The notes: generated from the letters alone by a model not told the origin. Positions 26,535 through 39,064 are shown, counted from the first letter of the stretch. The stretch is 64,000 bases of DNA from Octopus bimaculoides (GCF_001194135.2 NC_068983.1:70809458-70873457); one strand, 5' to 3'. Numbers and translations: made by a program.

Positions 26535-26577
<43 letters not shown>

Positions 26578-26599
26578 TTAATAATAATAATAATAATAA

Positions 26600-26630
<31 letters not shown>

Positions 26631-26643
26631 AAGAAGAAGAAGA
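26517..26643. repeat. Compound (AAT)n(AAG)n microsatellite
   Basis: Seen directly. Confidence 0.95.
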
Positions 26644-29197
26644 ATATAATAATTATTTGTAGCTTTGGTACATTCCTATAAATTTCGGATAAAAGGTGAT
26701 TAATTTCAGCAACCTAAGATGCAAATGTTGTCTATATCAGTGTGTAGGTGGATGTACATTTCTAAATGGTTCCCAAAACACTGTTTACTATCTCTTCCAC
26801 CCTATTACTGTAATTAGTTCGGATAAGGAACAAGTACACTGAATAACCTTTATCTTAAAACTGACGATGAAAGAAACAAATACATGTTTTACGACAAACG
26901 TAATTGAAAATATTAATAATTCTTCCAACACTAAACGCAACAAAGAAAATTATAAATAACACGTTCTAATGACAACCTACATTAGATATCAATGAAATTA
27001 TTGGGAAATAACTGGTAATGATGTAACATGTAACAATAATATAGTACACAGGATTGGCTATAAAAACAATACTTCATCTGCTGATAAAAGCTCGAAAGTT
27101 GAATTCTTAAGCTTTATCCTATTTATTAGACATACATGAAAATCATTAATCAACAAACACGAAGTGACTGAAAAACCATGTCAGGTAGAGCAATGTATAG
27201 CTCTAATATATTATGTAAATTCATAGAATGTGGATATATAAAATCAGTAGAATGACGTTTCAAATAGCTTACGATATTTATCTTTCGAATTCTGGCGGGA
27301 ACTTCTTTTCCTTTCATTTTTTTCTTCTCATTTACGAGAACGATCTAATCGAATATTACCAATTCCACATATTTAAGATCTTATAACTATGTTACAAATC
27401 GTTTATTACATGTATGTATGTATGTATGTATGTATGTATGCATGCATGCATGCATGTATGTATGCATGCATAGTTTATGTAAGTATGAGGATGAGGTTAA
27501 GCCTGGAATCATGGCTCTATATTCAGACTAAAAACTTACGAAGGTTGATCCATCAACTCCTTTAGCATTTTTAGGCCAACAATGACAAGATGCGCACGAA
27601 CGAATGCGTATACTTTCTATTTTTACTTACTTTGCGAAGTTAAATATCCATCAACATCATACAGAATCCATACCTTTTTTTCTGCTGCTAAAACCAAATC
27701 TGTCGAATACATTGTATTTCTCTCTCTCCCCTCTCTCTCTTTCTCTCTGTCTCTCTTTCCTTCTCCCTCTTTCAAATGCTCATATAGTTTTGATATAAAA
27801 ATTAGTTAAAGTAAATAACCCAGAGTGACCACTGGTATGAACTTGAACAAGACAAATAAATTGGGACAAGACAAATAAAGGTATATCAAATACTATGTAT
27901 GGCTTTCATTTGGAATGAGTTTTTTTCTCACAACATTATTTGACGTATTTCCATTCGGTAACCTGACGTATTATTCGGTAACCTGAATTAAGTAACTTCA
28001 TTTTAATCAAAGTAAATGTATATTACTTTATATTATAAACCATTTTCCATACAGTCGAACTGTTTTGGAGGAAAGAACCTTTAACTATAAGTTTAAACTA
28101 CCATTGTTTTCAGAGCCTTGACTTGGTTCCGTGTTTTTTTTTTTCTTTGAATTACACTGAACCGTAAAAGAAACGCATACCGTGTGTGACTGTGAAATAT
28201 GTTTTAATTTCTTATGTCGGAGATCAATTCTGAGAGACTGATGAAGTCAATTTCTTGAATGCACTTTGACCATAGTCTATGGGTCGTTATCATGTATTCT
28301 GGTAGTAGGCGGATACAGCACATCGAGATTGTAGGACGTGACATGTTCAATACCGTGTACGCCCTCCCTGGGTGTTCTAAATGGCCATACTCCGTCGGTA
28401 CATGGAATGCATGAGGCGGTTCACAAAAGCCATTGGCACCTGTGCCCACACACTGGGGAAAGCTGCTTCCAATTTCTTGGGACCACCTGGGTCAGCCGTT
28501 TATGGATTTCATCCCACAGGTGTTCAATTGGGTTCAAACCCGGGCTGAGAGCCAACCACGGCAAGGTTCTGATATTGTGATGACCCAAGAAGTCCATGGT
28601 GACTCTGGCCGTGTAAGAGGGGATCATTGTCCTGCTTGAACATGTATCTATGGTGACGCGTGAAGGAGGGTACGATGTGAGTTCTTAGGATCTGGTCAAC
28701 GTAGCGCGGCCCTGCGATGCCATTCCCTCTGCCTGCACTAACAGTTTAGAACACATGGCACCCAGTTCTCTGATTCATGCCTATAGCACCCCAAACCATG
28801 ATGCTTTGGCCACCCCACGTGTCTCTCTTCATAACACATGTGTCTCTGTAGCGTTCACGCTTTCTATGCTACACCCTCAATCTGCCATCCGAGGTGGAAA
28901 CGCAGTACTGGCTCTCGTCAGAGAATACTATCGACCTCCATTGTGGATGCCATTAATGTTGGTGCTGTGTAGCCCACTGGAGTCATGCCCGACGATGGTG
29001 AGCGGTGAGGACAGGCCCTCGAGCAGGATGACGACAACGCAGGTTGTTGGCGGCCAGTGCCAGTCGACATCGTACCGTGTCGTCACTGATATCAACTGCC
29101 AATGGTCTCGAGAGCAGTCACGCTGGCCGGTCTGAAGCGATCACCGTGGTGTTGCAGGTGGATGAAGTGGTCCTGCCTAGGCGTGGTCCCCCGCGGG

Positions 29198-29301
29198 CGT
29201 CCTCTGCGAGCGTCCTCTGCGAGCGTCCTCTGCGAGCGTCCTCTGCGAGCGTCCTCTGCGAGCGTCCTCTGCGAGCGTCCTCTGCGAGCGTCCTCTGCGA
29301 G
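29198..29301. repeat. Perfect 8 x 13-bp GC-rich minisatellite (CGTCCTCTGCGAG)
   Basis: 104 bp = 8 identical units inside the Tc1 transposase at the RARRGRPR motif. Confidence 0.95.
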
Positions 29302-29475
29302 CACGGTCTGCAGTGCTGTTGGTGTTGTTGTATCGCTGTTGCAGACGATAGATGGTTCTGACATGGACTCTGTAAGCTTTCGCAACAACCAGGGCACGCT
29401 GCCCTACTTGCAATAGGCTGATAGCTTGTTCTCTCTGCGCTGCTGACAATCAGGTCATACCTGATGTGTCCAAAT

Positions 29476-30815
29476 TACGAATGATTTCTTTATTGCCTAC
29501 ACGGGGCCAAAGATAGAGTGGGACAATACAAATACACACTGGAGTCGATAATAATTACTACATTAAAATGACGATATAAACATTTATGACATAAAACGGA
29601 TGAGAACACAAAACAATGGGACAATACAATGGAGTGGGAGCCGGGTACAGCTTCGACCCAGCAAACCCCGGTCCGCCACTGAAGCCTTGCCTTACTTATA
29701 TGGCTTACAATCAGGAAGAGTCACTCATTCTCAACTCTCGCACCACATCCTTCCAACTTTTTCCATATATATCACGTGACAGACACCTCCTCTCCAGTCT
29801 TATTGTCCTTTTAAGATAGAAAATAAAAAGCTCACTAGAACGAGATCGGAGATGAAGGTACCTGTCGCTACTCCTTTCATTCTCGTCTTCCAAGCCACCT
29901 CTTTTGCTATAGCAACCACAGCGAGAAAACAAACCTTTCCTTCTCGCTTAAAAGAAGGTGGAACAATCTTAATTATTAACTCAGAGGACAGTTGTAGTCC
30001 TTCTAGACATGACAGCAGCTGTTTGAGGTAAGCTTGAACGATTATCTCGATCTCCTTCCCCTGCCGATTTTGACACTCTGTTACTGTTGCTTATAGGAGT
30101 GCCATTTTTTCTTCCATTCCGAAACATATAGCTTCCACCAGACAACTTACATTCATTTCGAGTGGTATTTCACCCATTTTATTCCGAGACGTTCTTCTAC
30201 TTAGGTAAGCGGGTAAAAGTACCACCTCCGCTGTCCTTAGAGTTTCTATAGAGTAAAGTTTTGCTAGCTCTTCGGATTTGAATCTTACTTCCACCGTTGC
30301 ATATTTCCTTTCTCTTGTTAAGAACGTTTTTGTTTCAAAGCAAGTTCCACGGCTTCTTTAGAAGCTACATCTAATTTTTTGTCCTTCACAATCCAACTTT
30401 TGTAAATTACCTTTCTGTTCTCAACACTTTCCATAGTTTCATCGGTTAGGGCAATTTTAGTTCCTGCCCCGCCTTTTAAAACATCTCGTTATATTTTTCC
30501 AACTTTTCTAGTTCGATGTTTATTTTGGTTTTTGCCACAGTGGCGGCTGCAGCCAAATTTTTCCCTCCTTTTATGCTTGTTGGCTTCATCGTGTATTTCG
30601 TAACTTGTGGCTTTTTGACTGTAATCATATTGTTGGGCATGCAGCCCTAATGAATAACAAATCCCTCCTTGAAACAAAGAGGACACGTCGAAAGGACTTT
30701 CACGAACAATAACTCTGTTTAATAAATGCAACAGCACAAATTTCAACAATAAACAACCATATATATAACTCACAGTACAACTTCAACAGAGCAATAAACC
30801 AAAAAGTGGAGAAAA
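29476..30815 (-). mobile_element. L1/Tx1-derived element B: ORF1 N-terminal part fused in frame to the ORF2 C-terminus, then 3' UTR
   Basis: ORF1 part (RKVIYK..., ATVEVRFKSEELAK...VVLLPAYLSRRTS) aligns to element A. It continues in frame into VAIAKEVAWKTRMKG...FYLKRTIRLERRCLSRDIYGKSW, the Tx1 ORF2 C-terminal pattern. No EN or RT domain is present. Confidence 0.75.
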
Positions 30816-32499
30816 TACGAATTCATTCTTTATTGCTCACAGCGGGGCTAAACATAGAAGGGACAGTACAAGGACAGACAGAGACAAGACAAGTGGGGAC
30901 ATAAAATATAAAACGATGAATGAAATGAAATATACAAATGAGGATAAACGCTATTGTTAGAGCCCCACCCTCAAGCAGTCACGTTATTACTGTTCAATTT
31001 TCTGTTCGTTAACAGTTAACTTATCAAAATTTAAAACAATTATACGTATTCTACAAAATACGGTTTTAGTTCATTAAATTCCACCACCGGAGGTAGGGTT
31101 TCAAACTTCATCTCCACCGCCAGTGGGTCTACATCCGATATAAAATGTATTTTTAAAGTTTCATATTTCAGATTATCTACCAAGATGCACTTTGTATCCG
31201 CTGCGTAGACTTTAGGAAGAATAACGTTAGTGATATTTTTGAATTTTGCAATTGTTTTTACTATCGCTGTGCTCTTTCTAGAAGTCATTATGTGTGCAGA
31301 TTGCAATGACGGAGTTTTACTGTGTTGTGTTGGATGGGGGATTCTGGGTTGTTTGTTGCAGTGGTGTGTGCTGTGTGGGTGTGATATTTCAGGGAATGCC
31401 TGAACTTTGTCTATTTGCTGTGTATGAGACTACTTTCTTTTCACTTGTGTGCACTTTGGTGGTGTAATGTTTCTTTCCCTTTTTCTAGATACTAGTCTAC
31501 AGTCTTCCTCGGCCCTTTCCTAAACGATTCGCTCCGTCTCACTCGCACCTTGGGTCCCTTCCGCCATATTCTCCACCTTTTCGATGTCGGTCAGGATCTC
31601 AACATCATTCCTTGGTTCTTTTTTTTCGGGGGGGGGGGAGACACATTTTTTCGGTGTACCCCTTCTGTCCCCAGCCATAGCAAGTTAGAGGTCTCTCCTC
31701 CACTTTTACTGCCAATTTAATTTCTTCCGGTAATTCAGTCACTTCCGGAATTCCGTTCAAGTCTGTCCTACAAGCCTCAGTTTCTGAGGCTTGTAGGAAT
31801 GCCACCTCCTCCATGTTTCCATATAGGACACCCGCCGCGACCCAAGCTATGTCTATGTCTGGTAGGATTCCCTCAACTTTCATCAATGACGTCCTCCTTC
31901 CAAGATACGTGAGCAGTAATACCACTTCATTTGCCTTTATTGTGTTTCCTGCCTGCCTCTTTGCTATTTCTTCCGTCCTGTATTGGACAACCACTGTCCC
32001 AAATATGTATCCTCTCGACATGAACACAATATCTTTGTGTACCGCGTTCAACGCTTTTTCAATTATTTCCTCCTCCATTTGATCTATCTTTTTCTCTACC
32101 ACCGCACAGATTTTGTAGACGATCGTTTTCCTTGCCATGTCCTCCATAACCCTCTGTAGTGGGGATAACTTCACATCACCGCCCACTCTGTTTGCCTTCT
32201 TTTGGTGTTCCTTAACGTTTACTATGTTTATTTCTTTTCTTTTTGTCTCCGTCATCTCCGCAAAGCTTCTTTTTTCCAAAACACTTGTCCAACTTGTTCA
32301 CAGCTTTAATCAATTCCTCCTCCGAAGAGGATAATTCGGATCCACTCAGATCCGAATAAAACATTGTACTCGTCGCCATCGCCATCTCTCAACAGAAAGA
32401 AAGCTTAACCAGGAAAAAACCACTGCAGTGCAACACAAAACGAAACAAATCACAGCAAACTCTCAACATATATGAACGACGTATGTAAAAAAAGGAGTT
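30816..32499 (-). mobile_element. L1/Tx1-derived element A: degenerate ORF1 only (HAL1-like), with a 3' UTR homologous to element B
   Basis: ORF1 relic 32385 to 31040 has an RRM-like segment (GTVVVQYRTEEIAK...MKVEGILPDI) and a decayed CCHC knuckle (TCYGWGQKGYTEKMC). About 220 nt of 3' UTR ends CCCTTCTATGTTTAGCCCCGCTGTGAGCAATAAAGAATGAATTCGTA. Confidence 0.75.
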
Positions 32500-34557
32500 C
32501 AAATTGATTTTTATGCCCATAACCTCCACGAGATGCACGTACATTTCGGTTTTCATGACAATTGTTTGCGACTGCCACCCGCGGCATTCAACGCAGCTGC
32601 GTTTTGTCGTCTCGTTTCAAGGAAAGTTGAAAGGTTTCTGCTATTTGGGTCTCAGCCATAAACCAGTATGTCTTGGAATATTTACACTTATATTCCGCGA
32701 AATAAACTTTCAGAATTTACCATATAAAAGGACATTTGAAAATTGCATTTCTTTTGCGGTTCCAGTGTATTACTAATCGAAATTCCTGTTGTTTGACTTA
32801 GTCACTGAGAGTGATTGAAGAGGAAATTTCGGTCAAAAGCCGCATATTATAAGATTCTATATGCTATCAGATTTAAAATATGCTTATAAACAACAGAGTT
32901 ATACAATTTCCATCAACACTTCATCCTGTTTTACTGATTATCATTAACAAGATTAATAACAGTTGTATCATGGTATAAGTGAACATAGATCTATTGTTTG
33001 TTATTTCTCCTTCACTAAATCATAGCTGATAACATATTTTCATAGTATATCCAATTTATTATCGAACAGATGTCTTATAATTTATCTAATATTCATGCTA
33101 CTTGCCAAGATTACTGATTAATACAGTGTAACATAATGATTTTGATTTATACAGACGAAATTGTAACACTCAAGTAATTTTACACAGATAATCATTGTAT
33201 TATATTTATTTACACAAGAGAAATCCCAAAACATAGATTTAGGAACACGCATATATTATATTAAGATTAAAAACAATGCTTTTAAAATGTCTACAAAACA
33301 CTACCAGGTCATTTTTGTGCAACAGTTGACTTTTTCTTTGATCATAGGCAGCTGGATATCAGAGGAGATGTGGTGGCACATATTTTGGATTGTGTCCCAC
33401 TTACGGAGAGAATAATAACGTGATAATATTTTTTTTATATTAATCTTTTATTTCAAGTATACAGAAGTGGAAATTGAATATTTGGCTAGTAATTTACAGA
33501 AAATATACATCATATACAGTATGGTTTATATTACTGCGAAAATAAGCGACGAATGATTAAATATCACACATTGCATATTATATATTCTATAATCTAACAT
33601 GTACTATATCTAGTTACAAATCGAAAGCACGTGATAAAATTCTTACAATGAATAAAGGAGTTAAAAGACATTATTTCTTCAAAACTTTCTGTAAAATGAC
33701 GTCAACTTGAAGTTATTTCTTAACCATAAACTTTATCTAGAGGAACCAATGATTGTAGAAGTACATTGCTTCTTTAATTCTGAGACTATAACAATGATAA
33801 TACAGAGTCCATCCGAAGGAGTCAACAAACCAACTTTTCCTGGCTGGCAGTAATCTATATTAAACACGATTTCTGGAGTATATTCTTCATTGCCTGCAAA
33901 CATGATGAATAAGAGGATATAGAGGGAGTGAGGATATATATATATATNNNNNNNNNNNNNNNNNNNNNNNNNNNNNNNNNNNNNNNNNNNNNNNNNNNNN
34001 NNNNNNNNNNNNNNNNNNNNNNNNNNNNNNNNNNNNNNNNNNNNNNNNNNNNNNNNNNNNNNNNNNNNNNNNNNNNNNNNNNNNNNNNNNNNNNNNNNNN
34101 NNNNNNNNNNNNNNNNNNNNNNNNNNNNNNNNNNNNNNNNNNNNNNNNNNNNNNNNNNNNNNNNNNNNNNNNNNNNNNNNNNNNNNNNNNNNNNNNNNNN
34201 NNNNNNNNNNNNNNNNNNNNNNNNNNNNNNNNNNNNNNNNNNNNNNNNNNNNNNNNNNNNNNNNNNNNNNNNNNNNNNNNNNNNNNNNNNNNNNNNNNNN
34301 NNNNNNNNNNNNNNNNNNNNNNNNNNNNNNNNNNNNNNNNNNNNNNNNNNNNNNNNNNNNNNNNNNNNNNNNNNNNNNNNNNNNNNNNNNNNNNNNNNNN
34401 NNNNNNNNNNNNNNNNNNNNNNNNNNNNNNNNNNNNNNNNNNNNNNNNNNNNNNNNNNNNNNNNNNNNNNNNNNNNNNNNNNNNNNNNNNNNNNNNNNNN
34501 NNNNNNNNNNNNNNNNNNNNNNNNNNNNNNNNNNNNNNNNNNNNNNNNNNNNNNNNN

Positions 34558-34589
<32 letters not shown>

Positions 34590-35214
34590 TATATACATGT
34601 GTATATATGTATATATTTATACATGCATGCACACACACACATAACTTTAATTAAATATAGAAACAGAAAAATAGTACAAGACAGACGAAGAAACAAACGG
34701 GGCATTTCTTCTTACACGGTACAAGAAATCAATAAAAAGAAATGGTCGCACAAAAGATTGGAGTTACATTCTATTCTCCTCGCGGGGATTGAAACATGTC
34801 CGACATTTTCTTTAAACTCTAATAACAGCGGAACCCATAGAAACGGGAATAAATACTGTACATCAGTAACAATATCAAGAAAAACAATAACTAACAGAAA
34901 AATAACACAAACTACATTATTCAGTCTAAGACTACATATAGGCACGCGCACGTGCAGGCACACACATTCACGCATACCCACATTTGTGTATGCATGCATG
35001 TAAATATAAACAATGTGCGAGTATCTGTGTTTTGATTGTTGCCATGTTATTTTAACACAGTTTGAAGTTTGTCAGCTTCCAGAGGAATGAGATGTCGAGT
35101 TGAAAATAAGCAATCATATATTATGAACTTTCACGTATATTTTAAAAAAATTTTCTTATTTTTATAACAATATATATATGTATGTATATATATATGCATA
35201 TGTATATGCATATG

Positions 35215-35257
<43 letters not shown>

Positions 35258-35559
35258 TGTAACGTTCTGTTATTCGTGGGATCAACAAAAAATATTACTC
35301 CATCCATTTTGAGATAAATATCATTTAATATACACAGGATTTAAATGCGAGCTATTATTAGTTTCTAAAAATACAATAGTCAAACTTGTATAGAATAGTG
35401 TGCATTTCTAGGCAATTGTTCACACTCGAAATACAGCATGGCAGCTCTTTGTGAATAAGAGAGAAAGCACGAGAAGAAGAAATTAAGAGAAGGCAGAGGT
35501 AAATGAATTATAGGTTGCGTCCCTTGGGTCCGTTTGAATCTTAATATGGTTGGTGTAAT

Positions 35560-36420
35560 TAATTCAGCAATGAATGGTTTAAGTTTGTGATACTACACGG
35601 TTAATCCAGAGAAGGTGGTGTTTTAATGGAAATTTCGGAGCTAGAATTCAGTAAGTCAGTAGAGTTCGTCGATCTGTACAAAGCCTGCATCTCTTTAATC
35701 TGTTATTGTATGGCATGTTTCGCCCCATGATGTTCCAGGTAATACATTTTGGGGAATTGTTGGAGTTCACATCCCATATATGGCTAGCTAACTTCAAGGT
35801 CTCCCTGTTATCCACGTGTCGGAAAGAACACTGATAGGTGGCATATGATTTTTTTAAAGTCACTTTAGAAAGTAATTTTCTTTCAAGTTTCAGTATCTTA
35901 GAGCATTGAAGTAACTTCTGCTTCAAAAACCACTGAGCTTAACCTTACAGGCTTGGTTGAGTGGGCAGGGTTTTGTTCTCATACAGTTAAAGTTTGGAGT
36001 TGATATTTGATGCAGCCTGCACCTGATAATATTTTTCATGTTCGGGCAGCAGCTGTATGAAACTTCTACCGAATATCTATTAAATATTTTTAGAGATTAG
36101 ATGCTATCTATATGGAATACACCATCAATTAATTACAGACCATGCATTTTCAATTCTATTATGTTATGATCTGAGAAAATTGTTGGTGTTGCCTTCACAT
36201 CGTGGATACGTTCCATGTTATTAGTGGAGGGATGGTCTTAAACGTTGTTTCTGATTGGAAAAAAAGTATGTCTTGCTCCATGAACATCATTTTAGTGATA
36301 TCAAGCAGGAATTCTACCAAATTGGCCTCTTTGCTTGTTATTCCTGAGATTATGTCACCTTCAGGTTATCTGATGACGAGGATGTTGAAGTAGGATATCT
36401 CGCTCGGAGATCTAATAAAG
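35560..36420 (-). mobile_element. Penelope-like element, linker and GIY-YIG C-terminal fragment
   Basis: IFNRYSVEVSYSCCPNMKNII and YQCSFRHVDNRETLKLASHIWD...ITWNIMGRNMPYNNRLKRCRLCTD. Confidence 0.85.
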
Positions 36421-36429
36421 CTTTTTTCT

Positions 36430-37065
36430 TTTCTTTTTTTTTTCCGAGATCAGCGACGGTTTGTCGCTGGAAAAGGCATATAGTATTTTGCGAGTGGAGT
36501 GAGTTTTCATTACTAGCTGGTGATTAACACACGCTGAGGACGGGTAACCACCCGAAAACTCGAATCCGTGTGTATCACGTAAGGATAGAGATGGGAGCGA
36601 TGACCGTCCCTCGCAAATATTAATCGGAGGCAGAATGTGTGTCGTTAGCCAGCTGGAAGAGAGGTTTTTTCTGGTGTTATAAGAGAGACCGAGAGAGATA
36701 AGAAGAGAGACAGCATAGCGACGGTTTTGGCTGACTGTCATCCTGTACTCCCGTTGTTGCTAGCGAAATGGTATGTGCCATCGTCGATGTATCTAGAAAG
36801 GAAAGTCGATGTATCTAGAAAGGAAAGTGCATGAGAGGCAGATGTTTAGCGCTGTGCGTTCGTTCTGGTCCATGAACGAGATGGCTAGCAAGCCTGCAAG
36901 GATGGATCCCATCGGCAGGCCTGAGATTTGTTCAAATGTTTCGTCATCCAATTGGAATTCAATGAATTGGAATTCAATGACGAGGTATTTAAACAGATCT
37001 CTAACTACCGATGCAATCCAACCTCTCAGGCCTGCTGGACCTGCTGGAACGACTTTATACAACTA
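36430..37065 (-). mobile_element. Penelope-like reverse transcriptase palm fragment
   Basis: FEQISGLPMGSILAGLLAISFMDQNE...FLSRYIDD (Q..G..MGS and RYxDD motifs). Confidence 0.85.
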
Positions 37066-37111
37066 CCTTCTTTAAATTACACCTTACAGTGCCTTAAAAA
37101 AAAACTACCTC

Positions 37112-37188
<77 letters not shown>

Positions 37189-37239
37189 TGTTTGTGTGTG
37201 AATGTGTGTGTGTGTGCTTGCGTGTGTGTGTGTTTACGT

Positions 37240-37430
37240 TGATGTTTGTCCCTCACCACTGCTGTATTCACGTTCTTGTGACTTAGTTCTGAAAAAAAAG
37301 GGAAGATACAATAAGTGCCAAACTTAAAAAGAGTTTTAAAAAGTACTAGGATCGATTCATTTAACAAAAATTCTTCAAGGCGGCGTTCCAGCATCGCCGC
37401 AGTCTAATAACTGAAACAGGTAAAAGATAA
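37240..37430 (+). mobile_element. Partial SINE family B (3' half)
   Basis: ...CAAGGCGGCGTTCCAGCATCGCCGCAGTCTAATAACTGAAACAGGTAAAAGA matches the family B tail. Confidence 0.7.
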
Positions 37431-38168
37431 TAAGAAACTTCTTGAATTAAGAAAGATATCTTTTAATCGTTTTTAAATGTGTGCGCGCGCGCGTGTGTAT
37501 GTGCATGCGTGCAGAGTGTTTTCCAATATTAGTTATTCGTTATGTAGGTGCCAGTATGTATCTGAAACAGGTATAATTCTCAGTAACTCGCAACATTCCA
37601 TTATTCTGAATTACATAATAATAATTATTATTCCTTTATTTTTTGCCTACTGGTTTCACTCATTGGAAAGCGATCATACTAAAGCAACGACTTAGAGTAT
37701 ATAATAGGTCGTATCAAACCCTGCAATCTTTTTAGCCTAGTAATTAATTTATCGATCATTGTTTCTTGGTCGCTTAAATTGCGGTACATAAAGGGAAACA
37801 ACTTACATAGAACACTGGTGTGAACATAGACACACACGGACATAGTTACACAATTTTGGTGCTATAGTTGATCGGACAACGGTACACTGATAAGAGCAAA
37901 TGCTGTGTGTCTGGTGGGGGAGAGGGAGTGAGAGAGAGGAAGAGAAAGAACGAGTGAGACATACAGAAAGGAAGAGGGAGAGATAGGGCGCGTGCTATAG
38001 GATCACATGAATCTAGGAAATACAGTATTAGTTGGTTTGAGATAATTTATGACTGAAATTACACAATTTAGTTACACTCTGGTACGCACACACACACATA
38101 CGCACACGCACACAAACACATACACACACATACACACACGCATGCACACGTAATCACCTACACATTGT

Positions 38169-39064
38169 CAGAGTATTCAGGCTAACTTTGACGATTTTTA
38201 TGTCTCTTTTTTTTCCAGGAACAGAACAGCTTAATGTATTGGTGAACAGTCAACGGCGTTGGGGAACAGAAATTACAGTTGTAATTGAGAAAACAGTTTG
38301 CTGACATGGTGGGTTCGGAAGCCATCTGAACATTGGAAAAGAATTATCTGTATCATGACGATTTGCGCCAGATATCAAAATTCCGACATCACGACTGCTG
38401 CCCAATGCTATGTGAATACTAAAAGCAGTAAGACATGACACGGACAGCTGTAAAGGGGAACTAAGCAGCCGTAGCCAGCAGGAATGGACATAGCTGGTGT
38501 TCTGACTGCGTTCGCACGCTGAGATTCATCCCCACATCATTTAACAGAGCCTTAGGCTCAAATCTGATGGTTATGTGAAGCTACTGGAGAACGTGGTCAA
38601 ACCCCGGTTGGAAGGTCAAATGTGTGGCAGCAGAATTTGGACTCCTTACCATATCTCCGGAAAGAGTCATAAGTGGTTGTCGGAAAATTTCTACGACTTC
38701 ATCAGCCCCAATTTCTTGTTTCCTAATCCTCCTCCTGATTGTAATCGCTTGGATTACTATGTGCAGTGTGCGGTTGAGGAACATACCAGCCGCTCTGGCT
38801 GCAACACTCAGTCCGAGCTGGTTTCCAAGATCAAGGTAGTGTTCGAAGATCATCCCAGGGACACAATGAAGATCGCATGCGCCAGGTTTCGGAACCGTCT
38901 TGAGGTCGCGGTAGAAGCTGAGAAAAGTTATTTTGGGTTGACTGTTTTTTCCCATCCACAATCTAGTTGATGTCTTTTTTTATTCCTTAAAGTAATTTTA
39001 TTTCTGGGTGTGATATTGTGCTTTTCCTTAGGTGCAAACTCTCAAATTCAGTCTGAAGATCACG
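38169..39064 (+). mobile_element. Internally deleted maT/DD37D-type transposon
   Basis: Imperfect TIRs CAGAGTATTCAGGCTAACTTTGAC / CTCAAATTCAGTCTGAAGATCACG-TA. An N-terminal relic (WKRIICIMTICAR) is joined near 38530 to LRLKSDGYVKLLENVVKP...PDCNRLDYYV...IACARFRNRLE. Confidence 0.8.

Larger units (their letters stand above)
28155..32767 (-). mobile_element. Tc1 transposon interrupted by about 3 kb of nested L1/Tx1 derivatives
   Basis: TIRs TA-CACTGAACCGTAAAAGAAACGCA / TGCATTTCTTTTGCGGTTCCAGTG-TA. Transposase relic about 28200-29458 on minus: MT*LSAAQREQAI, RGRPR, IVFSDESQYC, IMVWGAI, WLALSPGLNPIEHLWDEI. Confidence 0.9.

Noticed and set aside
28755-29416. Plus-strand ORFs 28755-29135, 29044-29361 and 29102-29416
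   Set aside because: Antisense shadows of the GC-rich Tc1 transposase and its minisatellite.
32369-32378. PBS-like TGGCGACGAG on the minus strand
   Set aside because: It lies inside the start of the Tx1-type ORF1 (ATG GCG ATG GCG ACG AGT), with no LTR upstream and only a 10-nt match.
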